Counted from the whole stretch's first letter, positions 24,209-36,336 are shown. The stretch: DNA of 63,652 nt, filler included, from Circinaria calcarea (GCA_051942165.1; 32 parts of 32 records of this genome joined end to end with filler, not necessarily neighbours in it); one strand, 5' to 3'. The notes: a model not told the origin generated them from the sequence alone. Translations and numbers: made by a program.

Positions 24209-24960
24209 ATGTCTGATGACGGTTATTACGGAGACTACCAACAGACTGCTGGGGGCCTCCTCTTTACAACATGGAAATCTTCTCCCGACGGCTAAAGAAA
24301 TGCGAAGGACCTAGTTATGGGTCCGTTTTCATATATAAATCTTCTCTAGGATACAGGGCCAGTTATAGTGCGTCACTCTAGGCATATCGCAAAAAGGAGG
24401 GTCATCTCCTTCAACATCCCTTTGCATTACCTTAATATTACCTTAATATTACCTCCCGAGAACGACACCGCGAGAATACCTTTATAGCGTACGATGACCA
24501 TACCCCTTTGCAGACAAGCTTGAATGTATATGAGCATCATACTCCGTAGACTTTCCTCCCAACTATGCTAATATACCAAGATACTCATCTTTACGGTAAT
24601 AACCCCCGAAGGTGAAGACCGTGACCTCTACCAAAATCAAGTCCCGGCGGGTTCGAAGCCTCCCCATCGCAACTATCCACCTAATTTATTTCCGCCCCAT
24701 CGCTACTCCGAGCACAAAACTCGAAGATCAGATAACCGCCCAGGCTGCTAGCTGCCGAGGAGTCTTTCGACTAGGCCGATGAGGCCGAGGAGCAAGTGGA
24801 TGGAGCCCCTCTCCGGCGACGCAAGTTCGTCGAAGACCAGACGAACCCAGGATTCAAGTATTCGCCAACTCCTCCCCGCGACGGGCCCTGTAACTTCATT
24901 ACGAATAACTTCGAAGCAGCAAGCTAAGGCCTCCAAGAAGGTGCTTGAGTTTTTCTAATT
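24209..24960 (+). pseudogene. Decayed gene of unknown family
   Basis: MSDDGYYGDYQQTAGG... with scattered stops, an intron-like GTATATG...CTAAT...AG, then ...EESFD*ADEAEEQVDGAPLRRRKFVEDQTNPGFKYSPTPP. The stops are TAG/TAA/TGA, each one transition from a sense codon. Confidence 0.5.
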
Positions 24961-25036
24961 TTGTAAAGACAATACATCAAAATCGCAAACCCCTCGATTT
25001 CTTAGACGTTTGTAAAAGTATCACCATCGGGTACTA

Positions 25037-25213
25037 TTGACCAGCAATCTGTATGGTGGGCATTGCTACCTTTTGTGTGTAACCCGACTATCTATGCTAC
25101 GAAAAAAGTGCTTTTATAGAGTGTGGAGAGTGTACAGCATGGACCATATATTACCCGAAAAGCAACACATGACTCGGTAAGCCCTATGACTTCCAACAGG
25201 TACCACTTCCGAG
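25037..25213 (+). repeat. Dispersed ~180-bp non-coding element, copy 1
   Basis: Colinear with the reverse complement of 26555-26734 on another contig. Shared blocks: CTATCTA, AAAAGTGCTTTTAT, AGCATGG, GCAACACATG, TAAGCCCTATGACTTCCAACA, CACTTCCGAG. Confidence 0.8.
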
Positions 25214-26016
25214 TCCTATCCCTAACCAAAAATCCCCATTTGAAGGCTATTCATTGGGCTTTTCGCTCGCTGAAGCCCGTTTCAAAAATCCTCCCAGCAC
25301 CCCCCCTCCCCTTCCTTTCTAATCCATTATAATGTGTCAAACCTTTTAGGTTAGTTCCTCGGGCGCATGTTATTCCGAGCGCCTACACGCACACATAGAT
25401 AGATTCTTCTGCTGCATTTGGCACCCACAGCATAGCAATCATACACGCAGTTGTAGCAGAAATTATTCCCTCACTTATTCATCGATGCCTTATAGTGACG
25501 CCGTAGCTTGACATAATGTTTCTCCTCTCACGTCGGAAAAAATACCAAAATCAGGCTTTTCTTAGAAAAAGCCATCGCTAGAGCCCACACACAACATGCC
25601 AAGCAGCCCTCTAAATTACCGTACCGTATCCCCTGCATTTTCCATTTTCCTTCCCCCCCCCCGGCTCTTTATTCCAGATTTTCCAGCCACCGCAAGTTCG
25701 GCACGCACTGTGCACGCATCTCCAAGCCCTCACCACCAATCTTGCAATCTTGCAATCTTCCAAGCTGGCAGCCCTCCTCCACAGGACGAGAAAGGCAAGG
25801 CAGGGGTCCTGCCCCTTTCTTTCCTTTCTTTCCTTTCTTTCCTTTCTCTTTCCTCAAAAAAAAAAAAAAAAAAAAGATACTGTTAAGCTATCAGTGCTTA
25901 CCATACCATAAACACCNNNNNNNNNNNNNNNNNNNNNNNNNNNNNNNNNNNNNNNNNNNNTTAATTAATTAANNNNNNNNNNNNNNNNNNNNNNNNNNNN
26001 NNNNNNNNNNNNNNNN

Positions 26017-26235
26017 TCCCCAAGGCCAGGCTCCTATGCACATATAGGGAACTTCGATGTCACCGCTGGCGGCGCGCATTTTGACTCGGCTGTGACCGTC
26101 GGGCACGATTGATTGAGGAAGGACATTGATCAGACCGTCAAAGTTCGGATCGACTCGATTGGGCTTCGAAGAGTGTATGCCGGCAGTGGCTGACATGCCG
26201 GCAGACAAGCCAGTCTGCAAGATTGTTTGAGCCAT
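26017..26235 (-). CDS. Aldo-keto reductase family protein, N-terminus
   Basis: MAQTILQTGLSAG...IEVPYMCIGAWPWG matches the AKR first beta-strand pattern (xxxGxWxWG). Truncated by contig end. Confidence 0.7.
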
Positions 26236-26554
26236 CCTGAGGCGTGTAGAGTGTGTTGACAAGGTCAAACTCCTAAGGCGGAAGCTAAGCAATACGAAAA
26301 ACTCTCGGGGAGAAGAGAAAATCTCGAATCGAATATACATGTAGACATATGAGATCTTCGATCGGCCATGATACTTGACGTCAGCTTCATAAAGTGGTTG
26401 TTGGCATCATCGTCATCATCATCATCATTACTGATCATCACAGCACTAGAAGCCTGGGAGACGAGCTCGAATGATATGCGATATCTGCAGTACGATGACC
26501 GAGACATCGGTTTGCAACCGCTGAAGCCATTGTGATCTCCGTCTCCGTCTCCGT

Positions 26555-26734
26555 CTCGGAAGTGCGAGGTGAGGCGGTGTTGGAAGTCATAGGGCTTATC
26601 GAAGCATGTGTTGCATAGGAGGGCCATGCTCAACACTTCCTATACACCATAAAAGCACTTTTCTCTGCGTAGATAGCTTAGATAGTTACATACTCAGATA
26701 GCATGAATGCCACCACACATTACTGCATGCTCAA
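26555..26734 (-). repeat. Dispersed ~180-bp non-coding element, copy 2
   Basis: Its reverse complement aligns with 25037-25213, with several indels. Confidence 0.8.
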
Positions 26735-27372
26735 CAGGCGGGAGTCGATTGAATGGGGAAGAAATCTTGTCTTTCGTTCTTCGTAGCAAAACGGGAACAT
26801 GCGGCCAACGTACATATCTTGGCGCATACCCTCCCTCCTATTTCTTAGGTCCTTGATCGCTCCGAGTGCAACGCCATCACTCATCTCATTCCGCACATAT
26901 TAGTGTCCCTTGTCGGTTCGCTGTTCCACTTTGCTTGGAGTGGAGGCGATATGGTACGCCGAGAGTACACCAGTAAAATGGTGCTGCTACGGTATACTAA
27001 CCTCTCCTGTGCTCGTACGCCACCGTACCACTGACGGTTGCCTGTTTCTTACTTCCTGGGCCGAGCCATTTTTTGCTAGTACCTACAACTCCTGTCAGTC
27101 TAATCTTTTGTATGTATGAGGATTATATTACAGACATTCATACGCTTCATATGCTTTTGGTCACCATACATTCATTGCTAGGGTTTATGGATTAGAACGA
27201 AATACTAGGTCCTACTGCTTCTGCAGTGTCTATGCTAACCTCGACATTCCTTTTCAACGGAGGCACCATAGAACGCTGTCTTCATGCTGACTTGACCGCT
27301 TCAAAGGAGTTGTAATCGTGACCTCAGGAGTGTTTACCTCGATGACCTAGGAGCCTTTTACGAGACGAGATA

Positions 27373-27912
27373 ATGGCAGAAAGCAAGCCTTTAGCCATTA
27401 CAATTAATACAGATGGTTCGACGCATACAAAGGATGACACCATACGGGCTTTCAACGAGATACACTCGTCTTCACAGCGCATGCGCCAACAAATGGTTGA
27501 TATCGCGCAGCACGCCTTTAAGCGAGCACAGGCGCACGATTGGGCCACTCAGATGCGATTCCTTGTCATAAGGGAGCCTAGCGATAGAACAGAACGTTCA
27601 ACAACATTGAAGGGTAAAGAAATAAGTGAGCAGACGGATACATATCAAGGTCCGCTAACGTCAGTTATGCGGAACTTCACACTGGAGCTGGCAAGTGCTT
27701 CGGCGCTTGTGGCGGGCTCAGCTTATGTTGCTGTTTCTTACTGCTGGAACCGAGAAGAAGTTGATTGGTTTACCGATCAAAAGACTCTACGCATCGATGT
27801 GGTAAGGCCAGGAGATGATTCGAGTCCTACTATGGTTCCACTAGATGTACTGCACCGCTCTGTGACTTACGCTATCCAACAAGGTGTTAGCGCCGTTTGG
27901 ATTGACCAAGAG
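27373..27912 (+). CDS. HET domain protein, 5' part
   Basis: YVAVSYCW and VWIDQE, the HET core motifs. Truncated by contig end. Confidence 0.8.
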
Positions 27913-28012
27913 NNNNNNNNNNNNNNNNNNNNNNNNNNNNNNNNNNNNNNNNNNNNTTAATTAATTAANNNNNNNNNNNNNNNNNNNNNNNNNNNNNNNN
28001 NNNNNNNNNNNN

Positions 28013-29375
28013 TCCTTTGACTGTGTTGGCTTTGCCAAACCAAGTGCTACCTTCTCGGAGATATCCCGGTGTTGTTCTCGTGCCATCATCTGTATTCGCC
28101 GCTCGGTACCCATTCGTGATTGCCGAAGCTGTTTCTCGTGCTCCTGTCGTCTATCCCGCCGCATCTGCTCTCGTTCCCTTGCTGCCTGTTCATCCTCACT
28201 TTCCGAGGCACTGAAGGACGAGGCCGACCGACTCCTACTACCACTATATGACCTTACTATCGATGCACGTCTAGCAACCGCTGTTCGCTCGTCTCGAGCC
28301 TTCTGAGCAAGCAAGCGTAGATGCTCTTCCTTCTGAGCCTTTTCCTTCTCGGCTAGTTTCTGCTGCATTTGCGCTCGCTGCTTGACTTCTTCCCTTGCAT
28401 GACGATCCGCTGTGAATAGTGCTTCCGCAAACTGCGCGAACTTGTCATTGATAGTAACATCCTGCAAGCCTCGACCATCGGCCGCTAACCTCTTGTCAAG
28501 AGGTACTGTGTAGCCTTTGGGATTTTTCCAGTTAGAGATTGGTGGAGGGATCTTCCATGCTTCTTGGTCCTCAGCAGTGAGTTTACGGGGCGGTGAATGC
28601 ATAACAGGGGGTGGAGGTGACGGTGGTCCACGAGGGATTTTTTTATGCTTAAACTTGGGTGGTTCCATGGGATCTTGCTGCCTCTCGACAATTTTCATTA
28701 TTCTATCGTTCTTTCTTGTCGTGTCCCCCATTTGACTCGCAGGCGTATAGCGTACGTACGTAGGTTCGTTCCTGCTGAGGCCCTTGACGTTCTTGGGCTT
28801 CTGGGCAGCTACAGCCCCGGAGACCAATGTAGCCAGTGCATTCTTCGTTTTCTCGGTTTGAGCAGCCACTTCCTCTTCGGAGGGGCGGTCAAGAGAAATT
28901 TCGCCGACATCTGCTCGTTGTCGAAGGGGTATCAGATCTTTAAAAGAAGCGTGAATAACTCGCTTGTCATTATGCCCGTGTCTAGCAATCGAGTCATATT
29001 TGACTTTCCCTTCTCCATCTACCGGAACGGCTAAGGCATTGGACATAGATAATGCTTTTCTACCCATGTCGAGTGGGTATTGTGCTATGAGGATCTCTGG
29101 GAAAGCCCCTCCGTCACCGTAGTCCTCGGCCGATCGCGGGCGCCAACCTGATCGATTGCCATACGGTGGAGGCCCTGTCCTCTGAAGGCTGTCAGTTACA
29201 TACTGAGTAAATGATAATCAGCGGTTTGACCCACCTTAAGAACAACTTGGCCTTCATCTAATGACCCAACAACCCGGGGAACCCGAGAACTCGTGTGAGT
29301 CGGCAGCTCTTCATTATCGCCTGTGTATCGGGGTTTTGGAAGCGCCTTCGCAAGAGAAATAGCTATTGAAGTCAT
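28013..29375 (-). CDS. PRP45: Pre-mRNA splicing factor Prp45 / SNW1 (SKIP)
   Basis: DYGDGGAFPEI, DPMEPPKFKHKK, IPPPISNWKNPKGYTVPLDKRLAADGRGL. ATG at 29375, one intron at about 29183-29234, 3'-truncated. Confidence 0.97.
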
Positions 29376-29479
29376 TATATTGGCGACGTAAGAGTAAACA
29401 ATCAGCTGAGGTTCTCTAAAGTACTATGTAATGTATCTACACCATGAACCAATTTATTCCAAATGCATTTAGTTGGAGT

Positions 29480-29653
29480 TGTAAGGGCTCTACCCGAGAA
29501 CCCCTACGAACCCTACGGGGGAACTATACACCGAGGTCACGAGGTGTTGGCTTAGCGAGAAAGGTTTTCCTCGCGAAGCGTTATACGAGAACTCCTTAGT
29601 AATAATTCATACGCTGATACGAACTAATTAAGCTTATTATTATATAATTCACC
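29480..29653 (+). mobile_element. Partial solo LTR (TGTAAG family), copy 1, RIP-mutated
   Basis: Begins TGTAAG and aligns with 51055-51230. The 3' portion shows CpA>TpA and G>A changes relative to that copy. Confidence 0.8.
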
Positions 29654-30008
29654 AATATAAGGGCGCTGCAATCTTGGGACCTGTCAGGGACTGAAGTGAG
29701 GTTCCAGTATTAACTATAATTTAAATATGGAGATGAAATCCCCACACTTTACGAAGCTAAATATATAATAAGTTATATAACCTCGGTCCTAACCCGGCCC
29801 GCGAAATAGGTTGGTATTATATTAACCTGTGACACGTGACGCTAAAATTATAATATTACCCCCCTCTTTAAACACGAGCTCCGGCGACGTTTTTTATAAT
29901 TCTTTTTTNNNNNNNNNNNNNNNNNNNNNNNNNNNNNNNNNNNNNNNNNNNNTTAATTAATTAANNNNNNNNNNNNNNNNNNNNNNNNNNNNNNNNNNNN
30001 NNNNNNNN

Positions 30009-31903
30009 TGGTCACCAATTACGAGTTTTGGTACACCAGGGTTCTCTATGACTTCATACCCTATCTGCTTCCGCTTGGCATCGCCCTTGAACATGTCGGT
30101 AGCTTCCCTCACGGTGTCTGACAAATTAAACACATCGTCCTTGATAAGATTTTGTCCTTGCTCAGTCTTGGTCAAGTCTAGCAAGTCATTAATAACATAA
30201 ATGAGCGATTTTGAGGCCGAATGAGACTTTGACAAGTTTTCCCGTGTCTCGTTATCAAGGCTTCCTTCAAGAGCGATCTCAAGGTAGTTAATAATAGCAT
30301 TCAGGGGTGTTCGAACTTCATGCGCGGAGTTCGCCAATAGTAATCGTGTAAGCTGGCTGTTTTGAAGCGCAGCTTCTTTCTGTCTCCATACCTCGATGAA
30401 TTTGCCATACACAAGACATAATACTGCTCCGGTCTCGATTTGTTCTTCGGTCCACTCCCTACATTTCCCTACCACTGTTTCACTCCAAGTCCTAAAACTT
30501 TTCCTCGGCTCGAGGTAACCCTCCGTGCCTTCTTTAACAAACTTCTCATACGGATTACCTGCCCATTTGACTTCGCGTAGCTGTCCTTTACGGAAGAACA
30601 CTATGAAGTCGTTCCCTTCGATAGTCAACGGGACAAGCAGGAGACCGGCAATAACTGAAAATCCGGGTGCGTACCTGAGATCTGGGAAGTCGGCACGTAT
30701 ATCTGAAGATGTCAGGACAGAGGTGATCTTGCGAAGGCGGAAATATTCGAGCATCGCCAGTGCTTCCTGAGTCTGTTCAAGCTTTCCCATTATCTTGGCC
30801 TCATCCCGTATTGAAAGTAAGCCGTAATCCGCGTCAAATAAACTCAGTAAATCATCTGATGATGCGATAATATATCCGGAAGGGTTGTGCTCGGTAGGTA
30901 CCGTATTTATAAGTTTCCTCGCCTGTAACCGGGACGCATAAGACAGCCGTTCAATGTTCCGAGACGCGGAGTCCCCAATAAGTCTACACATCTTTCGAAT
31001 GGGAAACGACACTCGCATGCCTTTTGACCCGTAGGTGTGACAAGCAATAAGGCCCCACAACTCATCAAACGCATTTATAGAGATGGACATACTCGATCTG
31101 ACGCTCATGTTGGCTAGATATTTGATATGAATTGGTGACATTGCTCGCAAATATGCGTAGGTTAAGTCCACAGGTGTTTCGAGATCTTCAACTGTGCGAC
31201 AAACAAGCCGTGCGGTTTCCAGGTCTCGATCATACAGCAGTCGAACCTTATTGACCTTGTACAAGTCCCGCGCTTGTTTGGGTATATCGGACGCTGGAAA
31301 GTTCAGGCCTTTGTAGAGATCCCTAGTAGCCCTTGGATCAACAAGTTCCGTTACCACCTTTCCGTTCCATGCTTGGTCGAACTGATAGACCATTACTCGA
31401 TGAAAGCCAGTCAATTCCTTGACAACTCCAACCAGGACTTTGAGAAATTGCTCGAGATTCGGCGCTCCCGCTAGTTGTTCCTGTACCTGAGACAATATGT
31501 TGAAAACCTCCATTGCGGCCGCCTCTCCCTTCCGCTTCCTTGCACTTCGAAGAACACGCAAGGGCCTACTCGAGTTATGCGTACTCTCAGCAAGCTCTTC
31601 TGGAGTAGGATTGCTTTGCAGTGTATCTTCGGGTAGCTCAGGCGTAGCTTCACCGACAGGTACTAAGGGGTTAATGCGGTCATCCTCAAGCTCAAACTCG
31701 CAGATAATTAGATCAGGGTTCTGCTCGTTGATATGCATAGCACACCACAGCTTTTGCATCTTCCTCTTTGGGGATCGAATAGATAATGTGAAAACTTCAG
31801 GTCCATCGGTCGCTGGATCAGCGTCTCCGTCCCTGATGAACTCAAGGTGATCGAGTAGGTTATCAGTCTGCTCATCTGAAAGTATATCACAGAAGCTTTC
31901 CAA
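30009..31903 (-). CDS. fphA: Fungal phytochrome (PAS-GAF-PHY-histidine kinase), internal fragment
   Basis: TGFHRVMVYQFD, GLNFPASDIP, LRAMSPIH, WAGNP, LEPRKSFRTWSE (PRxSF tongue) and HisKA motif SAHEVRTPLN. Confidence 0.96.
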
Positions 31904-32003
31904 NNNNNNNNNNNNNNNNNNNNNNNNNNNNNNNNNNNNNNNNNNNNTTAATTAATTAANNNNNNNNNNNNNNNNNNNNNNNNNNNNNNNNNNNNNNNNN
32001 NNN

Positions 32004-32782
32004 ACTTCGTTCTTTTTTATGGTAGTGGCAAACAGATAGTCTTCTGGATTTTGGACTGTCCAGGGTCCCAAAGGTTTGTCATCCGATGCACCGTCCTCTG
32101 TGGTATCTTGTGTACCTTCATAGACGTACTTCTTGTGGAGAAAAACCTTACAAACCCATGGGACTTCGTTTTCGCTTTCCGCTAAATTTATCTCAAGTGG
32201 GCACTGTTGCCATTAGTAACTCTAGGGAGCAAATTCGCAGTCTCCAGCTTACACGGGTGCAACAACCTGCTTCACGGGGTACCTTAATCTCACTTATACC
32301 TTATGTTAGCAGGCTGATGGCTTGGAGTCGCCTATGTGAGAAGCTCACCTCATGCCCTCTATCAAAGAGCTCTTCCCTGTACTCTGGTCGCCCACTACGA
32401 CTATCTTGGGTAATGGGACATCAAGATCTTCGATTCCAATGTGCCTGAGTTTCTGAATACCGTTGATGAGCCTTTTCATGTCTCCACCTAGGATATTCAA
32501 GCCGCTGTCAGTGGTCGGGTCTGGCAGACCCCATGGATACTGGTCTGGAGTCACGGTCGAATGGCTGGATGCTGTTGTACCTGAGTTCAATTCAACTGAT
32601 CAGAAATAGGGTAACTCCTTTATGCCTCTAACTGGTACTTGTACATCGAGCTTACCATCAAATCCTTCTTCGTTGAACAGCTTGTTCCCCAAAGATGGCC
32701 CGCGACATGCAAAATTCGTGGACTCAATTTCTATGTCCATAGGGTCATGTTTGACTGGATGGCCAGCCGCGTACTTTGCCAT
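32004..32782 (-). CDS. Dynamin-family (Mx-like) GTPase, 5' part
   Basis: LPKIVVVGDQSTGKSSLIEGMS, then EIKVPREAGCCTR/CPLEINL across GT-AG introns. Confidence 0.88.
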
Positions 32783-33997
32783 CTTGTGAGAAATCTACTG
32801 ATTTAGGCCGTAATACTTAGCTAGTGCTGTAAGATGTCGAGACAGTGTAAGTGAGTGCTTTGACAGGAGATGACTGGAAGTCAAGCTCGTGTATGAGGTG
32901 GCTGTACAGTGGTCGTCAAGGACACCAAATGAGTAACTAGTTAAAGGAGAAGTGAAGAGAGAGAGAGTGAAGTGTTAAGTGCCTAATATGTATAGTAGCG
33001 AGTGATTTTCTTGTATATTCTATGCAGCGACTGCGAATTCGACAGGTGAACGTAGAATAATCCAGACTCACTCACCTAGAGTTACAACCAACTCCAATCT
33101 ACTGCAGCTCTAGTACCACAGGACAGGTAAAGATCCAACCACTAGAACGAATCGAAGGAGAACACAAGATGTTCTCGACGGAGTGAGAGCTTGCAGTGAA
33201 CGAAGCTCAGTGTGACCACAAGGTTGGTTTAAGAAAACAGAGCGAGGCTAAGAGATCAGAGATTTAAGATTGTGGCGTAAAGTATGATGTCGTTAGGTCA
33301 AGAACAGTCCGGAACATCAGGTGAGCAGAAGGCAGGTGAGAGAGCACTTAAGTACCGGTACAACGCAAGAACACAAGACTATCTTCCGTGTACAACAGGA
33401 CACTCAACCGATAGCAGGTATTGAGACTCTTTTGGAATGCAGGTGAATCTGGTGCTTCTGAATGGACATCGAATCCAGAGGTGGAAATGAGCCTGGCTAT
33501 AAAGGCATATCCTCTCCACCTACCACCTACTGTCTTCACTTCCTTTGCTTCCATTGGATCCTCTACTTTCCAAAGAATGTGCATTGGTGGAGTGGCCTGG
33601 ATCATCTTGCCTGTGCTACCTATTCACTTCTACCAATGACATTGCATTTGATACTGTCTACCCAGGAAATCAAGCTGTCCTCATAGCCGAGACCCAAGCG
33701 GACCCAAGCGTTTTGTAGCGGCGGACGCTAAACGGTAATTCGATACACCTTATTTCGACACCTACGAGCTACAAAAACAAGTAGAATTGTCCAAGTGCTG
33801 TACATTCTTACAGACTGATCGACAGCTCTTGTCGTCAAGGGTATGCAGCACCTACGGATGCACGGCATTCACCGCTCTTTGCTCATTTCACAGGTCCNNN
33901 NNNNNNNNNNNNNNNNNNNNNNNNNNNNNNNNNNNNNNNNNTTAATTAATTAANNNNNNNNNNNNNNNNNNNNNNNNNNNNNNNNNNNNNNNNNNNN

Positions 33998-34839
33998 ATA
34001 TTGGTGGTAAGCCCTGCCCAATCGATAAATCTGATCTTCGTCCACATGTCACCAGTGACATTAGACCTTGGCAAAACGAAGGCGAGAAGTATCATAACTC
34101 CAAGTATGATAGGCACAATAAACCAGAATACCCAGTTCCAAGAGGCTTTTTGGGTAATCAATCCGCCGATGAGTGGGCCAAGTCCATTGCCAAGAGCTAC
34201 CATGGCACCAATGAATCCGTTATACTTTCCACGCTGTTTGAGGCTGGTGATATCGCTCGATATGACCATTACCAGTGCGTTTCTGTGCCAGACAAGAAGT
34301 TATAAGGGTTTGCCTCTAGAGAGGAGAATCAATGCTTACATGGCACCACCGCCGAGCCCGCTCATTGCCCGAAAAGCAAAGAGCATGGCCGGAGAGGTGG
34401 AAAACCCGGAAAGAAGGTTGCCAAGGGCAAGCAAACCCAGTGCCGTTATGAGGAGCGGCTTCCGGCCGAAGATATCGCTTAGTCTGCCGTTTATCAACTG
34501 TATACTAGTACTGGCAATCAAGAAGCTGGCGGCTACCCATGAGATAGACGGTCCTAAGTTCAAGCTGGCGCCAATCGCTGGTAGGGCAGTAGAAACCGAT
34601 GTCTGGTCCAGATAGGAGATCATCTGGGCAAGTGCAATAACGGGAAAGACGACCATCAACTTTTTGTGAGGGAGCACGTTGGATTGATGGTCCTTGAATG
34701 TTCGCGGTGGTGTCATGCTTAAATCATGTGTATGAGTGGTCGCTGAGGCAGTGTCTGTGGTAGTAGAAGGACCATCGCTTTTAGCAGGTATTGCTCTTTG
34801 AGTAACTGAAGGAGAGATGGTAACAGCTAGGCTCGACAT
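33998..34839 (-). CDS. MFS drug transporter (DHA2), N-terminal part
   Basis: LDQTSVSTALPAIG, GRLSDIFGRK, SDITSLKQRGKY, GPLIGG, WNWVFW. One intron. Confidence 0.92.
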
Positions 34840-35324
34840 GCTGTCGGCGCCCTAAGAAAGCAAGGAAGAGAAAAGATAACAATCTTGAAGGCCTGGAGGG
34901 AAAGATTGGCAACCAGGCCGATAATAATGAGAAAGCTGTAAAGCTCGAAGTTATGTAGCACCAATTGGCTCTCGAGGAGCTTTCCGTGTAGAAAAATTCG
35001 GCGAAGCGGTAGTGAGACGTGGTTGATTGATCATCCGACGTCATACTTCGTAACTACTGGCAAAGGAATTCTAAGATGCATGTCAGACTGTAGCTCGAGG
35101 GGACGTATAGATGGGCGGTAATGCTCGTGGAGGGAGGTTCAGAAAAGGTTCTTGTGGTTCGGGCTTAGAAGATCTCGCGTGTATTCTGACCGCTCGGTAC
35201 TCGGGCATTCTGACCGCCGGCTCGGCCCGTAATCTTAGCCATGTTCTGACTTAACTAATGATCCTACTCCTCCACTCCATCTTTCATCTTAGCCTATCAT
35301 ATGTATCTGATATCTCGACCCTCT

Positions 35325-35437
35325 AGTCAGACTAGAATCTTCAAGGTCACATTCCGAGACTTAATCAGACCATGATCTTGAGCTCATATCTTGAGATCGT
35401 AGTCAGACTATGATCTGAAGGCCGGCATACTAGTGCC
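35325..35437. repeat. Degenerate ~38-bp tandem repeat, 3 units
   Basis: TAGTCAGACTAGAATCT, TAATCAGACCATGATCT and TAGTCAGACTATGATCT start at about 35325, 35362 and 35400. Confidence 0.55.
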
Positions 35438-35991
35438 TGATTCTAAAACTAGTGTCGAGCACTTCTACGTTCGGGATGCAGTCGAGCGCCGCGAGTTGGT
35501 GTAAGACCACTGGTAGTCAAGTAGCGACGAGATCCTGGGCGGTGAAGGTTGTCATATCTTGTCAAGTGCTTTACAACGACCTTACTTACTATCACTGCGG
35601 ACTCGATGGGCAGACTGGTTCGCCGAATGCGCCAATATCCCTCTCCAGAGGTTGAAAAATTGCAAACCTAGCGTCTCACTTCCCTTCTTAACTTGCGTTC
35701 TCAAGACTTTCAGTACTTACTCGAAATTCAACCCTTGATGTCTTGGGAACATGAACCGTACCGACCATTCTTTGCTAACGTACCATAACATTAGTTAGCA
35801 ACCGTCAGAGTTTAGTCTGCATGAGACCTTACTAATTTAACTATCTCTCGAATTATTCATCGCATATGCTCATTCAGTCTTTTAAAAGGCGNNNNNNNNN
35901 NNNNNNNNNNNNNNNNNNNNNNNNNNNNNNNNNNNTTAATTAATTAANNNNNNNNNNNNNNNNNNNNNNNNNNNNNNNNNNNNNNNNNNNN

Positions 35992-36336
35992 AACACCAAG
36001 AGCATAGCAGGTGAGAAAATTGGGACAAGTCTGGCGGATAACTTTCGCAGCCTTGAGAGGTTCAGGCTTCCTGTTGAAACTGTACACTAACACATTCTTC
36101 TAGACGCCACAGAACAGCTTACAAAAGCCCTCTCATTGCAACCCTTGGACGGAACGGACGTTGTACTATCTACGAGTACACATGCTCTCAAGCTCTATGG
36201 GAAGTCTATATCAGGAGGGAAAGTGGCCGCTTTAATCAAGATGGCTTATTCGGTTAAGTCAGGGGTCACACTGAAGATAACGGCAAGGAGCGAGGAAGAT
36301 GGGTTTGCTGCTTTGGTAGTTGGAAGTGTTGCGTAA
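35992..36336 (+). CDS. SEC21: Coatomer gamma subunit, C-terminal appendage
   Basis: LSLQPLDGTDVVLSTSTHALKLYGKSISGGKVAALIKMAYS...GVTLKITARSEE, the gamma-COP C-terminus. Confidence 0.88.

Noticed and set aside
24640..24670. GGTTCGAAGCC resembling a tRNA T-arm
   Set aside because: No acceptor, D or anticodon stems could be built around it.
35325..35437. CRISPR-like repeat-spacer pattern
   Set aside because: Only three degenerate units, the spacers resemble each other, the context is eukaryotic and there are no cas genes.
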